From: Bacteroidota bacterium
Lineage (GTDB): Bacteria > Bacteroidota > Ignavibacteria > Ignavibacteriales > Melioribacteraceae
Length of the DNA stretch: 64,000 nt
Direction: 5' to 3'
Assembly (NCBI GenBank): GCA_040755055.1
Contig: JBFMBS010000007.1
Location: 27,444-91,443 of the forward strand
The translations under genes were made by a program, and so were the position numbers. Below are positions 19,171 to 29,035 of this stretch, in pieces; positions within the stretch are counted from its first letter, which is position 1, and each line of letters opens with the position of its first letter. The notes below the pieces were generated by a model, which was given only the letters and a program-made list of their open reading frames with translations, ran no database searches and was not told where the DNA came from.

Positions 19171-20556
19171 TCAGTTGGGTCTGGTAACAAAAGAAAATGT
19201 ATATGGTGTTTTCATATTAGTCCCATGCATATCTTTTATAGCAGTAGAAATTGTTATAGTGTATTTTGTATTTGCTTGCAAAGCACTGTTCGGCTGAAAT
19301 ACAATCTTATCCATTTGTTCGTATGGATAATAGCCATCATAATAAATAGTCCCGCTAATTTGAGGCGAAATAGAAATTGCAGCCCTAGCCGAAGTTAATG
19401 TAATGTAATTATTGAAAGACATGCGGATCGGTTCTGTTGGTGATACAAACAACTGTCCATTGTTCGGGGAAGTATAAGTTATTCCAAGTTCGGCAGTTTG
19501 AAATGAAAATGTAAATGTATGCCCGAGTTTTACACCATCTTTATCTTTTGCCGTGCTGTCTATAGTTACAGTAATCGTAGTATCCGACATAAATGGTCCG
19601 CCGGTATATATACGTAATTTATTTTCTTCAGGCCAAAGAAGGATAGTATTCATTTGCGGTGTTACATGAGTGGACATTTCAACAGAAGTTTTATCCATAC
19701 GTCTTGGGAAAGTTACGGTAATTCCGCTATATGCATAGTATAATGGGGAAATATTAATATCACCGTGTACCGGGTCGGTTTGAATACCATTTTGTGTCGA
19801 ATAGGATTGTACTGTTTTAAACTTGAAATGCAAAGGAAATCGTAAATGATTGCCGGCTGTATCCTTAGCGGTTGTATTAATTGTGACAGTATAAGTTGTA
19901 TCGGTAAAGGAATCTTTTTTGGAGAAGTAGTATGTCATTGAAGTTACTTTGCTGTATGTAGTAATCGTAGCACTTTTATCAAAATATGAATCCGATGGAT
20001 CGGTAAAAAATGAATTCACCGGTGCATGTGTATAGTTACCCCAATGAAAAATTCCTTCAGTAGGAGGATTAGTAGAAAAAGCTGCTTCAACGCTTTCTCT
20101 ATCCATAGGTGAAGTAAATAATATTGAAATGGTTATTCTGCCGTAACGCCAATCATATACAATTTCATCGTTGTCCTCAGGATAGTGTTCTTCAATCAAA
20201 TCCGGGACAGTCGATAATTTTATTTCACCAAAATAAATAATACTGCCGCCGTTTAACATAACGTTGGTTCTCTTATAAATACGATAATTATCGGCCTTAA
20301 TTGTTACATCGTAATTACCGCTTCTAATGTTACGGAATTCAAAAGTGCCGTCGGCCGAATTAATTTCTACTGAATCGATGGGCGCGGTTTGGCTTATTAT
20401 TACTTTTGCTTTACTATCCTTTTGAACTACCTTGCCTATTAAATCAGCATGAAGTAGATCATTTGTGAATTCTTTCGGTATTTGTTGTTCAACTATTGTT
20501 TCTTTACAGCCGAAGCAAATAATAATTATGGAAAAAATTAGTAGGAAAGTTTTCAT
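19171..20556 (-). CDS. Lipoprotein with carboxypeptidase-regulatory-like domain and three Ig-like (SbsA/Big_5-like) domains
   Basis: MKTFLLIFSIIIICFGC is a lipobox. GTFEFRNIRSGNYDVTIKADNY is CarboxypepD_reg-like. Repeated ..MD+.SVE...P...G....Y.VTI...A.D..GN.. units follow. The start was moved to the internal Met (residue 22 of the ORF track). Function unknown. Confidence 0.5.
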   Translation of the reverse strand: MKTFLLIFSIIIICFGCKETIVEQQIPKEFTNDLLHADLIGKVVQKDSKAKVIISQTAPIDSVEINSADGTFEFRNIRSGNYDVTIKADNYRIYKRTNVMLNGGSIIYFGEIKLSTVPDLIEEHYPEDNDEIVYDWRYGRITISILFTSPMDRESVEAAFSTNPPTEGIFHWGNYTHAPVNSFFTDPSDSYFDKSATITTYSKVTSMTYYFSKKDSFTDTTYTVTINTTAKDTAGNHLRFPLHFKFKTVQSYSTQNGIQTDPVHGDINISPLYYAYSGITVTFPRRMDKTSVEMSTHVTPQMNTILLWPEENKLRIYTGGPFMSDTTITVTIDSTAKDKDGVKLGHTFTFSFQTAELGITYTSPNNGQLFVSPTEPIRMSFNNYITLTSARAAISISPQISGTIYYDGYYPYEQMDKIVFQPNSALQANTKYTITISTAIKDMHGTNMKTPYTFSFVTRPN

Positions 20557-20783
20557 GTTGCCCCTCCTATTTCTTATGGAGTACAGTAATAATCTAACTT
20601 TAGTGGAACAATTATTCAATGAAAAAATTTGGTGTGATAATTAAGACCGGATTTCTTATCGTATCTGGAAATAATTTTTGTGTGAAGATTCTCATCCATG
20701 TTATATAACAATATCGGGAGAAAATTTATTAGTAACATAAATTCAACTTTAATACTTTTGTCATCATAAAATAATTTCTATCT

Positions 20784-23780
20784 ATGAATAAGCAGCCAAT
20801 TAAATTCAACAAAGAGCTGATAGAAAAGAGCCGGTATTCCAAGTTTCAGGATTTCCACAACCTGATGCAATTCCGCATACGAGATATACTTCTCGTTTCG
20901 AGTCTTTATGATTCTTACATATTCGAAGAGGATAACCGGTTGTATGAACTAATAAGGCAAGAATATGAAGGATTAAGTCTCAGTCATTCTCCGGAATTGG
21001 TCCAGGTATCAAGCGGTAACGATGCATTTAGATTGATTAACGATGAAAGAAGGTTTGACCTGATTATCACGACGCTCCATATTGAAGATATGTCGGCTAT
21101 TTCTTTCGCAAAAAAAATCCGCGAAGCTGGAATCGATATTCCCATTGTTCTGCTTGGATATGATAATAGGGAAATGACTGACTTGATTGCGACCCAAAAT
21201 ATTTCTGTGTTCGATAAAGTTTTTATCTGGCAAGGTGATTACCGTATTGTTCTAGGTATAATAAAATTTTTGGAAGATAAACTGAATGTAAATAACGATG
21301 CAAAACGTGTCGGCGTTCAATCTATTATTCTGATTGAAGATAATGTTCGGTTTTATTCATCTTACCTTCCGCTAATTTATACGGTTGTACTTCAACAATC
21401 GCAAAGTTTGATCTCTGAAGGAATAAACCTCTCTCATAAATTTTTAAGAATGCGTGCAAGACCTAAAATCTTACTCTGTTCAAGTTACGAAGAAGCGTGG
21501 GATTATTTTACCAAATATGAAGAATACATACTCGGCGTAATTTCAGATATCGATTTTTTAAGAAATGGTAAGCCCGATCCGCAAGCCGGGATTCTGTTTG
21601 CGCAGAAAGTGAAAGAACGCCAACCTGATATTCCTATCCTTTTGCAATCTTCTTTAAAAGATAATGAAAAAGTTGCCTCGTCTTTAAGCGCTTCTTTTTT
21701 GTTGAAAGACTCGCCGACACTTTTAGATGATCTAAAAATGTTCATGGTGCAAAATTTCGGTTTTGGAGATTTTGTTTTTAAAACCGAAGATGGACAAGAA
21801 GTGGGTCGTGCAAGAAATTTAAGAGAGATGGAAAAACTCTTAGCAAGTGTACCTGATGAAAGCATTCTTTACCACGCTTCACGAAATCACTTTTCTAATT
21901 GGCTTAAAGCACGGACGGAATTTTGGCTCGCCCATCAGCTCCGTCCTAAAAAAGTTACGGATTTCAATTCTGCTGCTGAACTGAGAAATTTGTTGATAGA
22001 ATCGGTTAGAGAATTCCGCAAATCAAGGCAGATAGGTGTAATCTCAGACTTCAACAAAAACACTTTTGATTCTACAACAACATTTGCAAGAATCGGGGGC
22101 GGCTCACTTGGTGGTAAAGCAAGGGGGTTGGGATTCGTCAACAGATTACTGAGCGATTTTGAAATACGATACAGATTTGAAGGAGTGAAAATTTTTGTCC
22201 CCTCTGCCGTAGTTTTAGCAACTGATGTGTTCGATCAATTCATGGCGGATAATAATCTTCTAAATTTTGCTTTGAGATCGAAAGATGATGAGAAGATTAA
22301 ACAAAAATTTTTTAGTGCTGATCGAATTCCCGGTTACGCTTTAAACGACCTACGTGATTTCCTGGAAATCGTTAAGGAACCAATTGCTGTCCGCTCTTCA
22401 AGTTTGCTTGAAGATTCACAAGGGCAACCGTTTGCCGGCGTGTACGATACATATATGCTGCCGAATAATCATCCGGATTTAGATGTACGCCTCAAACAGT
22501 TAATCCATGCGATAAAAAGAATTTACATGTCAATCTATTTCCAAAGGTCCAAGGATTATATTAAAGTAACTACTTACCGTTTGGAAGAAGAAAAGATGGC
22601 TGTAATAATTCAGAAACTTGTTGGTGCAGAACATAATGGTAAATATTATCCGGAATTTTCCGGTGTAGCTAAATCATACAATTTTTATCCCTCGCCGCCT
22701 CTTAAATCAACAGATGGAATTGTATCTGTTGCGCCCGGACTTGGCAAATATATAGTAGAAGGCGGATTGACTTTCAGGTTTTGCCCCAAATATCCCCAGC
22801 ATGTCTTGCAGTTCGCAACAATACATGATATTCTTAAATATTCTCCCAGCGAATTTTTTGCGCTCGATTTTAAGCAAGAATTTCTTGATAAAAACATCGA
22901 TGAAGATTCATTACTAAAAAAATACAGTATTGCTGATGCCCTTGATGATAACACTTTAGACCAAACTTGTTCAACTTACTCTGCAGATAACAATGTACTG
23001 TACGATGGCATAAACCGTCCCGGGCCTAAACTGTTTAATCTTTCGCCAATACTTAAGTATAGATTGTTTCCTCTACCCGAAATTTTAGATTTGCTGCTGG
23101 AGATGGGCAACTGGGGGACCGGCAATCCAATAGAAATTGAATTTGCCGTGAATTTGAGTGTACAGCAAGGTAAGCCGAAAGAATTCGCACTTCTTCAGAT
23201 GCGTCCGTTGGTTATCACAAATGAAATTGAAGAATTAGAATTTGATACACATGAACCGAATGAATTAATATGCAAAAGCGATCAAGTACTTGGGCATGGT
23301 GTAATCAATAATATTAGAGACATAGTATTTGTTGATATTAATAAGTTTGATAGAAAACTAACTTTGGAAGTTGCACACGAAATTACTCAATTCAATTCTA
23401 AACTTTTGCACGAGTCACTTCCTTATTTATTGATCGGGTTAGGAAGATGGGGTACCCTTGATCCATGGCTTGGAATTCCCGTTACATGGGAAAGTATAAA
23501 CGGCGCTAAAGCAATCATCGAATCTAATTTTTCTGATTTCAATGTAGCTCCTTCGCAAGGCTCTCACTTTTTCCAAAATCTAACTTCGTTCAAGGTCGGT
23601 TATTTTACTATTGATGAGTTTTCCCAACAAGGATTTATTAACTGGCATTGGCTTAACAAACAACATGTTGTTGAGGATAAAGGTTTTGCCAAACATATAA
23701 AACTTGAAAAACCGGTTGTAATAAAAATAAACGGACATAAAAGCAAAGGAATTATCTTAAAACCTTCTAATAATTATTAG
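20784..23780 (+). CDS. PEP/pyruvate-binding (PPDK_N-type) domain protein with two N-terminal receiver-like domains
   Basis: ARIGGGSLGGKARGLGFV and VRSSSLLEDSQGQPFAGVYDT are the nucleotide-binding signatures of PEP synthase and PPDK N-domains. Two CheY-like segments lie N-terminal. The first has T where the phospho-Asp is expected (DLIITT). The second keeps IEDN / VISDID / LLK. Confidence 0.7.
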   Translation: MNKQPIKFNKELIEKSRYSKFQDFHNLMQFRIRDILLVSSLYDSYIFEEDNRLYELIRQEYEGLSLSHSPELVQVSSGNDAFRLINDERRFDLIITTLHIEDMSAISFAKKIREAGIDIPIVLLGYDNREMTDLIATQNISVFDKVFIWQGDYRIVLGIIKFLEDKLNVNNDAKRVGVQSIILIEDNVRFYSSYLPLIYTVVLQQSQSLISEGINLSHKFLRMRARPKILLCSSYEEAWDYFTKYEEYILGVISDIDFLRNGKPDPQAGILFAQKVKERQPDIPILLQSSLKDNEKVASSLSASFLLKDSPTLLDDLKMFMVQNFGFGDFVFKTEDGQEVGRARNLREMEKLLASVPDESILYHASRNHFSNWLKARTEFWLAHQLRPKKVTDFNSAAELRNLLIESVREFRKSRQIGVISDFNKNTFDSTTTFARIGGGSLGGKARGLGFVNRLLSDFEIRYRFEGVKIFVPSAVVLATDVFDQFMADNNLLNFALRSKDDEKIKQKFFSADRIPGYALNDLRDFLEIVKEPIAVRSSSLLEDSQGQPFAGVYDTYMLPNNHPDLDVRLKQLIHAIKRIYMSIYFQRSKDYIKVTTYRLEEEKMAVIIQKLVGAEHNGKYYPEFSGVAKSYNFYPSPPLKSTDGIVSVAPGLGKYIVEGGLTFRFCPKYPQHVLQFATIHDILKYSPSEFFALDFKQEFLDKNIDEDSLLKKYSIADALDDNTLDQTCSTYSADNNVLYDGINRPGPKLFNLSPILKYRLFPLPEILDLLLEMGNWGTGNPIEIEFAVNLSVQQGKPKEFALLQMRPLVITNEIEELEFDTHEPNELICKSDQVLGHGVINNIRDIVFVDINKFDRKLTLEVAHEITQFNSKLLHESLPYLLIGLGRWGTLDPWLGIPVTWESINGAKAIIESNFSDFNVAPSQGSHFFQNLTSFKVGYFTIDEFSQQGFINWHWLNKQHVVEDKGFAKHIKLEKPVVIKINGHKSKGIILKPSNNY

Positions 23781-23854
23781 TCCATTGAACTTCGCATTCT
23801 AATGAGCTAATTTTTATCGCAATGAAAAATCAATTTTCTAATCGTGGAGTTGTG

Positions 23855-25078
23855 ATGAAAAATTTTGTAATTAAACCGGCAGTAAGAACTGAGAATGTAA
23901 CATATGCAGTTAGAGATATTGTTGTGCTTGCAAATCAAGTTGCCAAAACCGGCAGAGAGATGTTGTACCTGAACATAGGTGATCCAAACTTGTTTGATTG
24001 GGAACCGCCGAAACACCTTATTGAAGAAACTTATAAAGCCATGTTGAAAAACTTGAATGGTTACGCACCGTCATCAGGGATTAAACAAGCAGTTGATGCA
24101 ATAGCACTAGAAGCCGAAAAAAAAGGGATAAAAAATGTTCAAGATATTTTTGTTACTACCGGAGCCAGTGAAGCAATTGATATTTGTCTAACTGCTCTTG
24201 TTAATGATGGTGAAAATGTTTTAACTCCAACTCCCGGCTATCCGCTCTACACAGCTATCCAAAGTAAATTGCAGATGTATGAAAATCCGTATTACCTGGA
24301 TGAGAGTAACGGGTGGCAGCCGAATATTGATGATATGAAAAGTAAGATTAACGATAAAACGCGAGCAATAATTTTAATTAATCCGAATAACCCTACCGGC
24401 TCTAATTTTTCTCCCGAAACATTGAAACAAATAATTGACCTCGCTATAGAGCACAATCTTGTAATCTTTGCAGATGAGATTTATGATAAACTATTGATGG
24501 ATGGTAAAAAACATACTTCGATTGCATCTCTCAATTCAGAAGTACCGATGATAACTTTCGGCGGATTATCGAAAAATTATATGGTGCCGGGATTTAGAAT
24601 CGGGTGGGGCATTGTAAGTGGAGATAGATCAATACTAAAAGATTACATAGAAGCGATTAATAAGTTGCTGCGTGCGCGTCTATCTGCAAATCACCCTGAA
24701 CAATATGGAATTGCACCGTCGCTTCTTGGAGATCAATCACATCTAAATATTGCAATGAAAAAATTAACTAAGCGCCGTGATCTGACAGTGGAAGCAATGA
24801 ATTCAATTCCTGGCATTTCTTGTGTTGCACCGGAAGGGGCTTTCTATGCCTTCCCCAGAATTCACAACATTACCGATGATGCGCACTGGACACAAGAATT
24901 GATTAAAGAAACCGGTGTTGTTGTTGTACACGGCAGCGGATTCGGACAAATGCCCGATACCAACCATTTTAGAATAGTTTTTCTACCACCTGAAAATATT
25001 TTAGAGAAAGCCTACAAAGCTATTGCACAGTTTCATCAAAAGTATGTAGAAAAGTGTGAGAAACAATTCGTAAAATAA
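23855..25078 (+). CDS. Class I/II pyridoxal-phosphate aminotransferase (alanine/aspartate aminotransferase-like)
   Basis: Motifs: YAVRDI..LNIGDPN.., NPNNPTG and GLSKNYMVPGFRIGW (PLP lysine). The start was set at the ATG preceded by GGAG. The ORF-track start at 23822 remains possible. Confidence 0.85.
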   Translation: MKNFVIKPAVRTENVTYAVRDIVVLANQVAKTGREMLYLNIGDPNLFDWEPPKHLIEETYKAMLKNLNGYAPSSGIKQAVDAIALEAEKKGIKNVQDIFVTTGASEAIDICLTALVNDGENVLTPTPGYPLYTAIQSKLQMYENPYYLDESNGWQPNIDDMKSKINDKTRAIILINPNNPTGSNFSPETLKQIIDLAIEHNLVIFADEIYDKLLMDGKKHTSIASLNSEVPMITFGGLSKNYMVPGFRIGWGIVSGDRSILKDYIEAINKLLRARLSANHPEQYGIAPSLLGDQSHLNIAMKKLTKRRDLTVEAMNSIPGISCVAPEGAFYAFPRIHNITDDAHWTQELIKETGVVVVHGSGFGQMPDTNHFRIVFLPPENILEKAYKAIAQFHQKYVEKCEKQFVK

Positions 25079-25148
25079 TCACAAGTAGAAATTCCACACT
25101 AGTGAAGACACTGTCTTGCCACTACTGATGTTTTGTCTATTGAAAACT

Positions 25149-25176
25149 GTAGAGACGCCCCATGGGGCGTCTCTAC
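25149..25176. repeat. GTAGAGACG...CGTCTCTAC palindrome (28-bp perfect)
   Basis: gtagagacgccccatggggcgtctctac lies 60 nt upstream of vapB. Confidence 0.8.
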
Positions 25177-25236
25177 TATAGACATTGCAATTTAAAAATT
25201 AAGTATATACTTTTGGTATAGATTATTGAGGTAAGA

Positions 25237-25470
25237 ATGGAAACAGCAAAATTATTCACAAATGGAAAAAGTCAAGCGGTACGTTTGCCGAAAGCTTACC
25301 GCTTGAAAGGAAAAGAAGTTGGAATAACGAAAATCGGCAACGCAGTAGTTCTATATCCGATTAAGACAAAGTGGAATGCACTTATTGAAAGTCTGGATAA
25401 ATTCAGCGATGACTTTATGGAGGAACGCAAACAGCCTGAACTTGAAAATAGAGAAGATTTGTTCCTATGA
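25237..25470 (+). CDS. vapB: VapB/VagC-type antitoxin (AbrB/SpoVT fold)
   Basis: 77 aa. METAKLFTNGKSQAVRLPKAYRL.G.EV is the typical SpoVT-AbrB N-terminus. It overlaps the downstream PIN gene by 4 nt (ATGA). Confidence 0.85.
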   Translation: METAKLFTNGKSQAVRLPKAYRLKGKEVGITKIGNAVVLYPIKTKWNALIESLDKFSDDFMEERKQPELENREDLFL

Positions 25471-25865
25471 AATATCTTCTCGACACAAATATTTGTATCT
25501 ATATCATAAAGAAGAAACCGGAAGCAGTAATAAAAAGATTTCTTAAGATGAAACCGGATTTAATTGGTATTTCAAGCATTACCGTCTCAGAACTTTATTA
25601 TGGAGTGGCTAAAAGTTCTAAACCAAATGAAAACGCAATTGCATTAGAACAGTTTATTCTTCCTTTAACGGTTATAAATTTTAATAAAGAAGATTCCATT
25701 GCTTATGGAAAATTACGAGCACGATTAGAACAAAAAGGGAAATTAATTGGTGCAATGGATATGCTGATCGCGGCTCAAGCGTTGAGCAGAGATTTAATCT
25801 TGGTAACTAATAATGAACGCGAATTCAAAAAGGTTGAAGAACTTGCCATAGAGAATTGGGTCTAA
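25467..25865 (+). CDS. vapC: VapC PIN-domain ribonuclease toxin
   Basis: 132 aa. MKYLLDTNICIY carries the first acidic residue. ..SSITVSELYYG.. and ..DMLIAAQAL....LVTNNEREF are PIN acidic-residue contexts. Confidence 0.9.
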   Translation: MKYLLDTNICIYIIKKKPEAVIKRFLKMKPDLIGISSITVSELYYGVAKSSKPNENAIALEQFILPLTVINFNKEDSIAYGKLRARLEQKGKLIGAMDMLIAAQALSRDLILVTNNEREFKKVEELAIENWV

Positions 25866-25872
25866 TATAATT

Positions 25873-25897
25873 GTAGAGACGCTATACATGGCGTCTC
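25873..25897. repeat. GTAGAGACGC ... GCGTCTC palindrome (degenerate copy)
   Basis: gtagagacgctatacatggcgtctc begins 8 nt after the vapC stop. Confidence 0.7.
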
Positions 25898-25937
25898 AAA
25901 TACCAATGTTTGATTGGATTAATCCCATTCTCTATAT

Positions 25938-27272
25938 TTGTTCATCATTTTAATACAATTTACGAAAACATCCCACTTGAAGAATATAAACATCACACAA
26001 TTACCCAACGAAATGCATGTAATCTCTGAAAAGATAACTCATGTAAAATCTTTTTCGCTTGGGTTCTGGTTCAACGTTGGTTCACGCGATGAAAATACTG
26101 AAAACAGCGGCATAAGCCATTTCCTCGAACATATGTTTTTTAAGGGAACTAAAACACGATCTGCTAAAAAAATATCTGAAGAAATAGAATCGCTCGGCGG
26201 ATATTTAAACGCTTTTACTTCAAAAGAACATACATGTTTTTACGGCAGAGGGATGAGCGAGCACATCGAAAAAACTTTTGAAGTACTTGCGGATATGGTG
26301 CAGAATTCCGTTTTCTCGCCAAAAGAAATTACTAAGGAATCTCAAGTTGTAATAGATGAACTTTATGATATTGAAGATTCTCCCGATGAATTGATCTTTG
26401 ACAAGTTTGAAAGTAATATTTTTAATGGTAACCCTTTGGGAATGCCGATAATAGGAACAGAAAAAAATCTTCGCTCATTCAAACAGAAAGATCTGAAAGA
26501 TTTTGTAAATGAAAACTATACATTCGATCGCTTCTATATAGTTGCATGTGGAAACATCAACCATTCCGATCTAATCAGGTTCGCTAATAAATATATTACT
26601 AAAAATCTCAAACTGACTAATTCGAAAACAAGAGAATTGAAATTGCAGCAGTCTTCGGATTTGTTTGTTGAAAAGGAGACTCAGCAAGTTCACTACATTC
26701 TTGGCAAAACAACTTATGGGTTTAATGATAAACGAAGAATCCCGGTAAGCGTTCTTTCTCATATTTTAGGTGAAGGCAGCAGTTCAAGACTCTTCCAAAA
26801 AATTAGAGAGGAGAACGGCATTGCTTACCAAATCAATACGTTCTTAAATTCCTTTTACGATATATCAACATTCGGTGTTTATCTTTCGACTAATGAAAAA
26901 TCCGTTCACAAAGCTCAAAACCTGATTTATCAAGAATTGAAAAAAATCAGGGAGAAAAAAGTAAACGATGAAGAACTCAACAGAGCTAAAGAATATTTGA
27001 TCGGCAATATGTTAATGAGTCTCGAAAGTACAACAAACCGGATGCTGAGAATAGCACAATCTATGATCTATTATAATAAGATAAGAACTGTTGAGGATAC
27101 AGTTAGAAAGATACAATCGGTAACTCGCGAAGAGATTAGGGAATTTGCCGATGAGTTATTCTCAACTGGCGGTAAATTAATTTTCCCGGATCAAACAGAA
27201 AAATTTGGAAATAGTGCTTTAACAAGAGTAATTTTAAGTCCAAAAAATTTATTGTTACAGCTCGCAGCATAA
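25938..27272 (+). CDS. M16-family (insulinase/pitrilysin-like) zinc peptidase
   Basis: GISHFLEHMFFKGT is the inverted zincin motif HxxEH, followed by the downstream E of the M16 family. Two-domain length (444 aa). TTG start per the ORF track. Confidence 0.85.
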   Translation: MFIILIQFTKTSHLKNINITQLPNEMHVISEKITHVKSFSLGFWFNVGSRDENTENSGISHFLEHMFFKGTKTRSAKKISEEIESLGGYLNAFTSKEHTCFYGRGMSEHIEKTFEVLADMVQNSVFSPKEITKESQVVIDELYDIEDSPDELIFDKFESNIFNGNPLGMPIIGTEKNLRSFKQKDLKDFVNENYTFDRFYIVACGNINHSDLIRFANKYITKNLKLTNSKTRELKLQQSSDLFVEKETQQVHYILGKTTYGFNDKRRIPVSVLSHILGEGSSSRLFQKIREENGIAYQINTFLNSFYDISTFGVYLSTNEKSVHKAQNLIYQELKKIREKKVNDEELNRAKEYLIGNMLMSLESTTNRMLRIAQSMIYYNKIRTVEDTVRKIQSVTREEIREFADELFSTGGKLIFPDQTEKFGNSALTRVILSPKNLLLQLAA

Positions 27273-27283
27273 AAGGGAATGAT

Positions 27284-28975
27284 ATGCCTAAATTTATTGT
27301 CGATGGTAATGAAATAGAATTTCAACAAGGTCAAACAATAATTGAAGCGGCGAGAAGTGCCGGTATTAAGATACCACACTTTTGCTGGCACCCGAGTCTA
27401 TCAATTTCAGGCAACTGCCGTGTATGTCTTGTTGAAGTTGAAAAAATGCCCAAACTTGTCATTGCATGTTCGACATATGCAACAGAAGGAATGGTAGTTA
27501 ATACCAAATCAGCAAAAACACTTGAAGCGCGCAATGCAGTAATGGAATTTATTTTGATCAATCATCCTCTCGATTGCCCGATTTGTGATGAAGCCGGTGA
27601 ATGCAAATTGCAAGAATATGCCTATGCGCACGGAAAAGGTGAAAGCAGATTCGATGAAATCAAAAATAGAAAAGAAAAAAGAGTTCAGTTAGGTCCACAC
27701 ATTAAATTTGATGGTGAGAGATGCATATCGTGCTCTCGTTGTATTCGCTTCTCAGATGAAATTGCCAAAGCAAACCAATTAACTTTTGTAAAACGCGGTG
27801 ATCGTGTTACGATAAATACGTTCCCGGGAGAATCATTTGATAATCCTTACACTTTGAATACGGTTGATATTTGTCCCGTTGGTGCTTTAACTAACAATGA
27901 TTTCCGCTTCAAATCCCGTGTATGGGAAATGTCATCTACAAATTCTGTTTGTATCGGTTGTGCTCGCGGATGCAATACCGAAATCTGGGTCCGCAACAAT
28001 GAAATATTAAGACTAACACCAAGACGCAACGATGATGTAAACAAATATTGGATGTGCGATCACGGCAGACTGAATACTTTCAAATTTGTTAATTCCGATG
28101 ATAGAATTGATGGGGCATTTGTTAGAAAAGATGGGCAGTTAGTAAAAGATGAATGGGAACCGGTAATAAATTATGCTGCAAAAGAGTTGAAGAAATTTAA
28201 AGGAAGTGAAATTGCATTTATCGGTTCACCGTATTCAACTTGTGAAGATAATTTTGTTCTGCTCAAATTAGCTAAATCTCTTGGTGTAGTGAATATAGAT
28301 TTTGCTCACCATATAAAAGCCGGTGATCAAGATGATATTCTAATTCGCGAAGATAAAACTCCGAACTCTCTCGGTGCCGAACTGGTAGGAATAAAACCAT
28401 CATCAAACGGATTGAATTTGGACGGGATATTAAAATCAATCAATGAAGGTAAAGTTAAAGCGCTTTATATAATGGAAGATGATATTGCATCTCTCGGAGA
28501 TGAATGGGACGAAGCACTTGGTAAGCTTGATCTTTTAATAGTAAGTGCTGCAAATAAGAACAAGACTACTCTGCTTGCCGATATATTGTTAGGTGCTTCT
28601 ACATTTGCAGAGAAAAACGGAACGTTTGTAAACTTTCAAGGTATTGCACAAAGAATTAAACCGGCAGTTGCTGCAGAAGAAATGGATCGCGCACTTGATG
28701 GAATGAACATGAGTCGTTGGGACAAATTCGGTACAAAGTATGATCGCTGGATGCAAGGACGTAAATTTAATTCTAAACCAAGCTGGAAAATTTTGACTCT
28801 TCTTTCTCTTGAATTAGGCGGTAAATTAAAGTATGATATGGCTGAAGAAATTTTTAATGATATTACAAATTCAATTGATAGCTTTAAAGGATTAGATTAT
28901 GATATGATTGGTGATAAAGGAGTTCAAATGAAAGGTGTGAATTCCGGAACGCGGATGGAAGTTAAAAGTTATTGA
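27284..28975 (+). CDS. nuoG: NADH-quinone oxidoreductase subunit G (short form)
   Basis: 2Fe-2S and 4Fe-4S ligand patterns: CWHPSLSISGNCRVCLVE, HPLDCPICDEAGECKLQ, CISCSRCIRF, CPVGAL. A molybdopterin-oxidoreductase-like region follows. Confidence 0.85.
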   Translation: MPKFIVDGNEIEFQQGQTIIEAARSAGIKIPHFCWHPSLSISGNCRVCLVEVEKMPKLVIACSTYATEGMVVNTKSAKTLEARNAVMEFILINHPLDCPICDEAGECKLQEYAYAHGKGESRFDEIKNRKEKRVQLGPHIKFDGERCISCSRCIRFSDEIAKANQLTFVKRGDRVTINTFPGESFDNPYTLNTVDICPVGALTNNDFRFKSRVWEMSSTNSVCIGCARGCNTEIWVRNNEILRLTPRRNDDVNKYWMCDHGRLNTFKFVNSDDRIDGAFVRKDGQLVKDEWEPVINYAAKELKKFKGSEIAFIGSPYSTCEDNFVLLKLAKSLGVVNIDFAHHIKAGDQDDILIREDKTPNSLGAELVGIKPSSNGLNLDGILKSINEGKVKALYIMEDDIASLGDEWDEALGKLDLLIVSAANKNKTTLLADILLGASTFAEKNGTFVNFQGIAQRIKPAVAAEEMDRALDGMNMSRWDKFGTKYDRWMQGRKFNSKPSWKILTLLSLELGGKLKYDMAEEIFNDITNSIDSFKGLDYDMIGDKGVQMKGVNSGTRMEVKSY

Positions 28976-29035
28976 CCAAATTTGTAATTGCTACCCGGCA
29001 CTAAATTAAACGGGTAAAGTTCTTAAGGAGTAATA

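Noticed and set aside
3647-25897. Whether the recurring GTAGAGACG...CGTCTCTAC palindromes form a CRISPR array
   Set aside because: The copies are kilobases apart, are not regularly spaced, have no unique short spacers between them, and some lie inside genes. No cas genes are present.
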